Notes under the pieces: model-generated
What the model was told of the DNA's origin: nothing
What the model saw: the letters and a program-made list of their open reading frames with translations, nothing else
Database searches by the model: none
Shown here: positions 24,540 to 32,000 of the stretch, one piece after another
How the letters are laid out: the number at the start of each line of letters is the position of its first letter
Position numbering within the stretch: the stretch's first letter is position 1
Source of the DNA: Planctopirus limnophila DSM 3776
Lineage (GTDB): Bacteria > Planctomycetota > Planctomycetia > Planctomycetales > Planctomycetaceae
Direction of reading: 5' to 3'
DNA length: 32,000 nt
NCBI RefSeq assembly: GCF_000092105.1
Contig: NC_014148.1
Location: forward strand, 5,070,001 to 5,102,000
Made by a program: the position numbers and the translations under genes

Positions 24540-25937
24540 ATGAATCATCATCTACAGAAATTGTTGAGTCAGAAACTTCCTCGCCGTCAGTTATTAACGG
24601 CCGGTGGCATGGCTGGTTTTGGGTTGACCTTACCTCGGTGGCTGGCCGCTCAGGATCAAGCGGCTGCTGAGTTACCGGCCGCCATGTCGACGGCGAAGTC
24701 TGTCATCTTTCTTTACCAGTTTGGTGGGCCAAGCCATGTTGATACCTTCGACATGAAGCCACTGGCACCGGATGGCACCCGCAGCCAGTTTGAAACGATC
24801 TCGACATCCGTCCCAGGACTGTCAATCTGCGAGCACCTGCCCCGAATGGCAGAGGTCATGAATCGCGTTACATTGCTCCGCACAGTGTGGCACACCATGA
24901 AGAACCACAACAGTGCCTCCTACTATGCACTCACCGGCCATCCACCCGCTGTCGATGATATCCGCCTGCGCGACACGCTCGATCTCTTCCCGGCTTATGG
25001 TTCTGTGGTGGATCGATATGCACCCAATACCAATGGCATGCCGACATTTGTGGCTTACCCACACGTCATTCGCGATGGCGAAGTGACCCCCGGCCAGCAC
25101 GCGAGCTTTCTGGGGAAAGTGCACGATCCTCTTCTCGTCACCGCTGACCCAAATGCCCCAGGCTTCGGCTTGCCGGAACTCAGCCTGCCAGCCGGCGTTT
25201 CGACGGCACGGCTCGAAAATCGTCGGCAACTGCAGCAGATGATCAACGCTCAGGCCAAACTCGGCGATGCAGCAGTCGCTGCACGCGGCCTCGAAGATTA
25301 TTACTCCCGTGCTGTATCAATGCTGAACTCGCCAAAAATCCGCCAGGCATTTGCGATTGATGAAGAGTCAGCAAGCGTTAGAGATCGCTATGGTCGCACG
25401 GAGTATGGCCAAGGCTGTCTCCTGGCACGCCGTCTCGTCGAGCGCGGCGTCAAGTTTGTCAGTGTCTACTACTCGAAGAGTATTGGTGGCCGACGTAAAG
25501 AAGAGGGCTGGGATACCCACGGATTTGATAACACCCGCATGTATCCCATTCTCAAAGATTATCACCTCCCCTTACTGGATCAGACATTACCGACATTGAT
25601 TCTCGATCTGGAAGAACGCGGCCTGCTCGACCAGACGCTCATTGTCTGGATGGGCGAATTTGGTCGCACGCCCCGGCTCAATGCCAATATCAGCCGGGAT
25701 CACTGGCCGCAGTGCTATAGTGTGCTGCTGGCGGGTGGAGGGACGAAAAAAGGCTACGTCCATGGCACATCCGATAAGACCGGTGCTTTCCCTGAGAAAG
25801 ATCCTGTGGCTTTGGACGATCTCGCAGCGACGATGTTCTCTGCGATCGGAGTTCCACCAGAGACAGAACTTCGAGATCGCGGCAATCGACCACTCGCTGC
25901 AGCGCTCGGTCACGTTGTCTCCGAAATCTTTGCTTAA
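24540..25937 (+). CDS. DUF1501 domain protein (sulfatase-fold), Tat signal
   Basis: RRQLLTAGGMAGFGLTL twin-arginine leader, then FLYQFGGPSHVDTFDMKP...VWMGEFGRTPR...RDHW. This is the canonical partner of DUF1549/DUF1553 genes. Confidence 0.88.
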   Translation: MNHHLQKLLSQKLPRRQLLTAGGMAGFGLTLPRWLAAQDQAAAELPAAMSTAKSVIFLYQFGGPSHVDTFDMKPLAPDGTRSQFETISTSVPGLSICEHLPRMAEVMNRVTLLRTVWHTMKNHNSASYYALTGHPPAVDDIRLRDTLDLFPAYGSVVDRYAPNTNGMPTFVAYPHVIRDGEVTPGQHASFLGKVHDPLLVTADPNAPGFGLPELSLPAGVSTARLENRRQLQQMINAQAKLGDAAVAARGLEDYYSRAVSMLNSPKIRQAFAIDEESASVRDRYGRTEYGQGCLLARRLVERGVKFVSVYYSKSIGGRRKEEGWDTHGFDNTRMYPILKDYHLPLLDQTLPTLILDLEERGLLDQTLIVWMGEFGRTPRLNANISRDHWPQCYSVLLAGGGTKKGYVHGTSDKTGAFPEKDPVALDDLAATMFSAIGVPPETELRDRGNRPLAAALGHVVSEIFA

Positions 25938-26129
25938 AGCAGGATCTTCGCCTGGAGTTGGATCGTTGCCTAAAGAAAGATTCTTGCCGGGAGAAGATCA
26001 AATTTTGATGAGCTTTTGTGGTCCGGCGAAGACTTGAAATCTCTCGCAAGTTAAGGTCTCTATTCATGAGTAGCGCAGACCATCAGGCACTCGCTTCAAC
26101 GATAGAACCTGCTTCAGGAATCGAATCCG

Positions 26130-27203
26130 ATGTCGGAAATCAGCCGTCGCACCATTCTTCAACTCGCCGCCTCGGGAATGATTCTCCCCTCCATTCAGCA
26201 ACTGGCTGTTGCCGTCGAAAACGATCCTTACCAGGACGCTAAGCTCGTGGATGGCCCACCAGCAGCGATTCAACCTGGCAGCTTTACGATTGCCGTTCTC
26301 CCGGATACGCAAAACTACAGCCAGAAATTTCCAGAAACCTTTCTGGCCCAGACTCGCTGGATTGTCGAGCAAAAAGCCTCTCGAAACATTGCGGCCGTCT
26401 TGCATCTGGGAGATATCACGAACACCAGTTCAAAAATCGAATGGGAACTTGCTCGGGCGGCTATGCAACAACTGGATGGGCAGGTGCCCTACTTTATGGT
26501 GCCAGGGAATCACGATTACAGTGCCGGTGGAAGCGCCACTGATCGCAAGACACTTTTTTCAGAATACTTTCCACTGGCCAGTTTCCAAGATCTCCCCACG
26601 TTCGGTGGAATCTACGACAAAGAGCCTGGGCGGATGGAGAACAGCTATCATCACTTTGAAACCGCTGGACGCAAGTTTCTGGTGCTATGCCTCGAATTTG
26701 GCCCACGCAAGGATGTGGTCCGCTGGGCGAACGAAGTGGCCAAAGCCCATCCTGCTCATGAAGTCATACTGATTACCCATGCCTATATGTACTATGATGA
26801 TACTCGCTATGACTGGAAAAACCTGGGGACTAAGCAGAACTGGAATCCGCATGCTTACGCCGTGGCAAAGAATACTGGAGACGACGTGACCGATGGAGCC
26901 GAGCTGTGGGAACAGCTGGTCAGTCAGCATGAGAACTTTATTCTCACACTCAATGGCCATGTCCTGAACGATGGCCTCGGGCGGCTCACCAGCCAGACAC
27001 CAGATGGCAGAGATGTGCATCAGATGCTGGTAAATTACCAGGTGAGGCCCCATGGCGGTGACGGCTGGTTAAGATTGCTCGAATTCCAGACGGATGGCAC
27101 GATTGCCGTTACGGATTACTCACCCGTGCTGAACAAATCCAATCATTCAACGCAAAGCCATTTCGAACTCAAGGGTTCACCTGTATCGAAAAAATCTAAA
27201 TAA
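26130..27203 (+). CDS. Calcineurin-like metallophosphoesterase, Tat signal
   Basis: SRRTILQLAASG leader, then VLPDTQ, LHLGDITN, GNHD and LITHAY metallophosphoesterase blocks. Confidence 0.8.
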   Translation: MSEISRRTILQLAASGMILPSIQQLAVAVENDPYQDAKLVDGPPAAIQPGSFTIAVLPDTQNYSQKFPETFLAQTRWIVEQKASRNIAAVLHLGDITNTSSKIEWELARAAMQQLDGQVPYFMVPGNHDYSAGGSATDRKTLFSEYFPLASFQDLPTFGGIYDKEPGRMENSYHHFETAGRKFLVLCLEFGPRKDVVRWANEVAKAHPAHEVILITHAYMYYDDTRYDWKNLGTKQNWNPHAYAVAKNTGDDVTDGAELWEQLVSQHENFILTLNGHVLNDGLGRLTSQTPDGRDVHQMLVNYQVRPHGGDGWLRLLEFQTDGTIAVTDYSPVLNKSNHSTQSHFELKGSPVSKKSK

Positions 27204-27543
27204 GACTCTGTATTTATGGGGATTGTTCTATCGTAAGGAATCGTCAATAGGCGGTGCAACGCCTGGAGCTTCTTGTCAATCAAAAGCGTGCCGTAAGCAA
27301 GGCACGAAAGACGGAAGTGTCGCATACGCTGTTGAGTGAAATCAGGGAATGCGCGTTGGCGGCGGTTCGCCAGAATCTCTTGCCCCCTTTCCAGTTCCAC
27401 TCCCCTTCAGTAGGAAAGTTCCTCCAATGCTGGTTCAATAGACATTGAATCCCGTGCTTCAGAATCTGGGTGTCATAAGCTCTGGTGCTGCTCGCTTGGG
27501 GAGGAATTTGATCGAACAGCGTCTGTTTTACCAGTGAGATAAT

Positions 27544-28467
27544 GTGACTGCAGATTCTCAGGCTTCCGCAAACTCCGGCCAATGGACCATCCGCAAGGTT
27601 CTGGAATGGACGACGGCTCATCTGAAAAAGCATGGCTCAGCCACTCCGCGCCTGGATGCCGAAGTTCTTCTGGCACATGCCCGTCAGTGTCATCGCATTC
27701 AGCTTTACACTCACTATGATGAAGAACTCACGGAAGAAGTTCGCGCCAGCATGCGCGACCTCGTCCAAAGGCGAGCCAGGCAAGAGCCTGTCGCTTATCT
27801 GGTGGGTGAACGCGAATTCTTCAGTCTCTCTTTTTCTGTGAATGCCGATGTCCTCATTCCACGACCTGATTCAGAAACACTGATCGTCGAAGCGATTTCC
27901 TGCCTCAAACCCACACCCGCAGATGACACCGCTTCTGTCGCATCTCGCTCTTGGCGGATTGTCGATCTGTGTACAGGTTCAGGATGCCTGGCCATTACTC
28001 TGGCCCGGCAGCTTCCCACAGCCCAACTGATTGCGACGGATCTATCCGATAAAGCTCTGGCGGTGGCGAGGCAAAATCTCGCACGTCATTCATTGGCCGA
28101 CCGCGTGGAATTGCGGCAAGGCTCGCTACTGGAACCACTGGAGAACGAACCACCCTTTGACCTGATTGTTTCGAATCCCCCTTACATTCCCACTGCGGAT
28201 ATCGAATCACTCGAGGAAGATGTTCGCCGGCATGAGCCAAGGCTGGCACTGGACGGAGGGGCCGATGGCATGGATCTGCTGCGACCTCTCATTGCTGAAG
28301 GAGCGAAACATTTGCTTCCCGGGGGATGGATGCTTCTCGAATTCACTTCCGAGCAGGCACCAGCCCTGATGAATTACGCACAAGCCCAGCCTGACTGGTC
28401 GCTGGTGCAGGTTGTCAAAGATCTTTCACAACTGCCGCGAGTGCTGAAACTGCAGAAAAGATCCTGA
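27544..28467 (+). CDS. prmC: Peptide chain release factor N5-glutamine methyltransferase
   Basis: RLDAEVLLAH, EPVAYLVGEREFF, IPRPDSE, DLCTGSGC and IVSNPPYIP (NPPY), then EPRLALDGG. GTG start. Confidence 0.9.
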   Translation: MTADSQASANSGQWTIRKVLEWTTAHLKKHGSATPRLDAEVLLAHARQCHRIQLYTHYDEELTEEVRASMRDLVQRRARQEPVAYLVGEREFFSLSFSVNADVLIPRPDSETLIVEAISCLKPTPADDTASVASRSWRIVDLCTGSGCLAITLARQLPTAQLIATDLSDKALAVARQNLARHSLADRVELRQGSLLEPLENEPPFDLIVSNPPYIPTADIESLEEDVRRHEPRLALDGGADGMDLLRPLIAEGAKHLLPGGWMLLEFTSEQAPALMNYAQAQPDWSLVQVVKDLSQLPRVLKLQKRS

Positions 28468-28524
28468 ATGGCTGATTTCTGAACTTACTTTGGCAGTTTG
28501 AACTGTCGATTGCTGGCGGCTGTC

Positions 28525-29280
28525 ATGTCTCGATTTTTTCATCCCGAATTGCTGAAGCCTCTCGATTCTGGAGAACTCCTCCTGGAAGGATCGGAAGCGC
28601 ATCACGCACTCCATGTGCTGCGTGTTAAAACAGGTCAGCAAATTGTGCTCTTTGATGGGCACGGAAACTCGGCTACAGCCGAAGTCATCCGTCCCGGTCG
28701 CAAAGATGTCGGTCTCAGAATCGTGAGTGGCATCCAGCACTCATCACCACCCGCTCTGCAATTGACACTGCTGGTCGCGACTCCCAAAGGGGATCGGCTC
28801 GATTGGATGGTTGAAAAGCTGACAGAACTGGGCGTATCGAGATTTGTTCCGCTGATCACTCAAAGATCGGTCGTCGATCCGCGAGAAAGCAAACTGGAAA
28901 GACTCCGGCAAACCGTGATCAGTGCCTGTAAACAATCCCATCGCGACTGGCTGATGGAGATCGAAGAACCAGCGCGCTTGACCGACTGGTTGAACAGGAA
29001 AGACCATCCGACCCAATGGTTCGGCAGTTTGCAAGCTCCGCTTGTCGCTCGAAAAGCCTCCAACGATTCACAGCCGATCGCCTCTGCAAATTCCCGCATG
29101 CCATTAGAAAATACATCGTTAGCGATTCTGATTGGCCCGGAAGGGGGCTGGACTTCTGAAGAAGAATCGCAATTGATGACCTCTGGTGCGCGCCCTGTGC
29201 GACTGGGGCAATTTGTATTGAGGACAGAGACAGCCGCAATTGCGCTCACATCGCTCGCCCTGAATGAATTCTCACTTTAA
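28525..29280 (+). CDS. rsmE: 16S rRNA (uracil1498-N3)-methyltransferase
   Basis: MSRFFHP...EAHHALHVLRVKTGQQIVLFDGHG, LLVATPKGDRLDWMVEKLTELGVSRFVPL and ILIGPEGGWTSEE. Confidence 0.88.
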   Translation: MSRFFHPELLKPLDSGELLLEGSEAHHALHVLRVKTGQQIVLFDGHGNSATAEVIRPGRKDVGLRIVSGIQHSSPPALQLTLLVATPKGDRLDWMVEKLTELGVSRFVPLITQRSVVDPRESKLERLRQTVISACKQSHRDWLMEIEEPARLTDWLNRKDHPTQWFGSLQAPLVARKASNDSQPIASANSRMPLENTSLAILIGPEGGWTSEEESQLMTSGARPVRLGQFVLRTETAAIALTSLALNEFSL

Positions 29281-29514
29281 GACTGCTGGTGCCTTCGCGA
29301 AAACTTTCAATGAACCTCGTCAAAACGTCGCTGCACATCGCCACGGTGTCGCTCAAGGGACGGTTTATCGGCCAAGATTGCCGATCATTGGCACGGATTG
29401 AGATCATCCCGTATTCCGGCGAAGTCTCCCGCCTCTCTTTGTCGATAATCTCGATATCGAAACGGGCTCTTGAACGGCTGGTGAATCTGATCACCCAAGG
29501 AATGTGAACCTGCC

Positions 29515-30024
29515 ATGCTTGCACATGATCAGCAAAGCTGGCTGCTGGTAAAATTCACGCCCAGGCGTGCAATTGCAGGAATGCTGTGGATATCGTTGAG
29601 TGCGAGCAGTTCTTCCTGCTTCATGATGCCCGATTACCATCAGCCGGGCGGGTTCAGCAGTACCTATTACAAAGCGCTGCAATTCCACCAGCATACCGCC
29701 ATGGGGACACCCGGCCACGCGACTGTGGTTCCGGGAACTCCACCGCCGGGCATGCATCTCCCGGTTGATTCCCCCTCTGGCAGTCAGTCTCAAACAGGGA
29801 CTTCGCCACAGGATGGCATGGTCGATCCCTCCATTGCTCAGTCGCCACACTATGGGGCGACTCCCCATAGTGGCTACAACTTTGGTTTCTCATGGCCAGA
29901 TTTTACGCCACCCCAGCCGCCAGTTGGGCACGATGCCGCCGCTCGACAGAAATCCTACCTCCAGTTTAACCAGCCTTCCCAAAACTCCGACTCTTCAGCT
30001 TCCAGTAAGCGGAAGAAGTCCTGA
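29515..30024 (+). CDS. Hypothetical Pro/Ser/Gly/His-rich, probably exported, protein
   Basis: The ORF has a hydrophobic leader (alternative ATG 29581: MLWISLSASSSSC) and a low-complexity body. There is no recognisable domain, so coding status is uncertain. Confidence 0.35.
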   Translation: MLAHDQQSWLLVKFTPRRAIAGMLWISLSASSSSCFMMPDYHQPGGFSSTYYKALQFHQHTAMGTPGHATVVPGTPPPGMHLPVDSPSGSQSQTGTSPQDGMVDPSIAQSPHYGATPHSGYNFGFSWPDFTPPQPPVGHDAAARQKSYLQFNQPSQNSDSSASSKRKKS

Positions 30025-30302
30025 ATTACATGGCTCACCAGGATATGACACTGGAATCAGCGTTCTTGAGCTGAGCGATTATTTTCTGTGCACTCACTCC
30101 CGGACTTCCTCTCGACAAGATTTGTCGAAACGAATACGTTCCGCCTGAAACGAAAAAAATCGGCAAGGATCGCCTGTTTTTTCGTTCGTCAAATCGTGGA
30201 GTTTGTCGACACGGAAGATCTCTCCTGGCATTACAAATCCGGGAAGAATTTCCAGCAGGCTCAAGGATGAGCCTTCAATGTAGCACACCAAGGATGGTGG
30301 GT

Positions 30303-32000
30303 ATGCGACCACAAATCATCGGCATGGCCCTGGCGGTTCTGATCGCCTTCTCCGGGTGCGCATCCTCGAAGGGGAGTCTCTTCGGCTCGAAATCCAAATC
30401 CACCGATAGCACAAACTCGAAAATTGCCAGTTCCAAATCAGACGGGAAGAAATCTCCCAAGCAGGAAGAGCTGGAAGATCTGCTGGGCTCTCGCAAAGAG
30501 ACTCCCGTCGCCTTTCGCGGTGGTTCTGGAACTTCTCCTTCAAAGAAAAAAGACACTCGGCTCGAAAACCCGGATCAACCGTTTGGAGATAACACACGCC
30601 TGTCATCCAATCGATCGATTCGTGATCTCATGAGAGATGGGGCCAAGTACGAATCGCAACAGAAGTGGGATCAGGCCGTCGACGCTTACGAAAGTGTCCT
30701 CTTAAGTGAGCCTCAACACGCAGAAGCTCATCATCGTCTGGCTGTGATCGCCGACCGTCGAGAAGATTACCGTCTGGCTGATCAACACTATCGCGTGGCG
30801 ATGCAACGAAAGCCCACAGATGCCAATCTCCTCAGCGACGTCGGTTATTCTCACTTTCTCCGCGGCGAACTCGACCGGGCCGAAGGCTATCTGAAGCAGG
30901 CCATCGAATCCGATAACAAACACCGAGTGGCCCATTTGAATCTCGGTCTCGTTTACGGAAAACAGAACCGCTATGACGAATCGCTGGCGATGTTTCAGGC
31001 TGTCGCCTCGGAAGAAGAAGTCCAGCGGAATATGGCGACACTCTTTCCGGATGGCCCACCTGCAGGACAGGATACTCAACTGGCCAGCCATCGAAATGCG
31101 GCTGCAGTTCCCGCAGGTCGAACGCCTCGAAATGACCTGATGCCCGAATGGGCCAACACTCCCGCTGGCTCTCAACCTGCAGGTTCAACATCCACAAACT
31201 CCATGATTCCACCGGCAGGCAACCCCACTGCCAGCGATGCCTGGGCACTGTCATCTCCAGGAATGTCATCTCCAGGAATGTCATCTCCAGGTATGGCATC
31301 GAATGGGATGAACAGTTCTCCTGCCAACGCCGGAGTCGCTAACGCTAATTCGTCGAACTCTCAGCCATCTGGCAATGATTTCTGGCAAGGCAATGCTGCC
31401 ACAAACACAGCCAGCCCTGATTTCCCGCCCCGCTCTTCGAGTGTCCCCTCCACAGGTCTGGCGCCTCGAACACAAATGGCCAACATTTCGCCACCTGCTC
31501 AGGGCATGCCGACTGCCAATGGATCGTTCAATTCACCAGAATCAATGGCAGCTCGTTCTTTGGGAACACCCATGCAAACGAACTCAGCCGCTCTGGCTGC
31601 TGAACTTGCCATGAACTCGGGCTGGGGCAATCTTTTTCCCACAAGTTCCAATTATGGAACTCCGGCGGCATCGTCAGCACAGCAAGGTGGCCCATCGGTA
31701 CCACAACTTCCCGTAATGACGCAGCAAACGGCCTGGCCTCAAGCTCCTGGGGAATATCGTGATCCGGCCGCAGGCAATAACCTCTCAGGCAATAACCTCT
31801 CCAGGGGTGGCAATCCTCCAGCGACAGTCAGTCCGACGGCTCCTGCCGGGATGCCTGGTGATACGAGAAACATGAACCCGCCTGGCACGAGTGCCGCAGC
31901 AGGCGTCTGGCCCACCACCAGTGTTCCGTGGAACTCCCCCACCAGCAATCAACCATCCGCCTCCAGTTGGGGAGACTCATCTCAACTCGCCAATAGGCCT
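30303..32000 (+). CDS. Lipoprotein with TPR repeats and a long Ser/Pro/Asn/Gly/Ala-rich tail (3' partial, runs off the window)
   Basis: This frame is not in the ORF track because it has no stop in the window. I translated it by hand from ATG 30303 (agga 8 nt upstream): MRPQIIGMALAVLIAFSGC (lipobox). TPR-like repeats follow: YESQQKWDQAVDAYESVL..PQHAEAHHRLAV, YRLADQHYRVAMQRKPTDANLLSDVGYSHFLRGELDRAEGYLKQAIESD and HRVAHLNLGLVYGKQNRYDESLAMFQ. It stays open to nt 32000. Confidence 0.75.
   Translation, partial: MRPQIIGMALAVLIAFSGCASSKGSLFGSKSKSTDSTNSKIASSKSDGKKSPKQEELEDLLGSRKETPVAFRGGSGTSPSKKKDTRLENPDQPFGDNTRLSSNRSIRDLMRDGAKYESQQKWDQAVDAYESVLLSEPQHAEAHHRLAVIADRREDYRLADQHYRVAMQRKPTDANLLSDVGYSHFLRGELDRAEGYLKQAIESDNKHRVAHLNLGLVYGKQNRYDESLAMFQAVASEEEVQRNMATLFPDGPPAGQDTQLASHRNAAAVPAGRTPRNDLMPEWANTPAGSQPAGSTSTNSMIPPAGNPTASDAWALSSPGMSSPGMSSPGMASNGMNSSPANAGVANANSSNSQPSGNDFWQGNAATNTASPDFPPRSSSVPSTGLAPRTQMANISPPAQGMPTANGSFNSPESMAARSLGTPMQTNSAALAAELAMNSGWGNLFPTSSNYGTPAASSAQQGGPSVPQLPVMTQQTAWPQAPGEYRDPAAGNNLSGNNLSRGGNPPATVSPTAPAGMPGDTRNMNPPGTSAAAGVWPTTSVPWNSPTSNQPSASSWGDSSQLANRP
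31251..31295 (+). repeat. In-frame 15-nt tandem repeat x3 (SSPGM) inside the TPR lipoprotein tail
   Basis: tcatctccaggaatg occurs at 31251, 31266 and 31281 (the last copy has a->t). A second 15-nt duplication (ggcaataacctctc.) lies near 31773-31802. Confidence 0.9.

Noticed and set aside
31251-31295. Short tandem repeats considered as a possible CRISPR or mini-array
   Set aside because: The units are contiguous with no spacers, only 15 nt long, and in-frame within a coding low-complexity region. No CRISPR-like array is seen anywhere in the window.

Overview
The gene content of this chromosomal segment looks typical of Planctomycetota. It has a DUF1549/DUF1553 + DUF1501 gene pair, a Cys-type sulfatase, a secreted EF-hand protein, Tat-signal exported enzymes and scattered flagellar genes. 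I support about 30 CDS and one tRNA-Pro(GGG). Housekeeping genes are pncC/cinA-like, coaX, prmC and rsmE. A flgB-flgC-fliE block is preceded by a sigma-54-type enhancer-binding protein whose catalytic and sigma-54-contact motifs all look degenerate. An ECF sigma factor shares a promoter-like motif with the downstream SDR-DUF1330 genes. An Xre/DUF2384 antitoxin-like gene has no visible toxin partner. The region most likely to hold something new is a ~4 kb low-G+C insertion directly 3' of tRNA-Pro (about 14.0-18.2 kb). It carries a frameshifted four-helix-bundle gene, two unknown multi-TM proteins, an orphan P27-type small terminase and an AbiJ/HEPN-like protein. I read it as a decayed mobile element with a possibly uncharacterised anti-phage or abortive-infection cargo. 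All family assignments come from motif recognition by eye on the supplied translations. No searches or computations were run.
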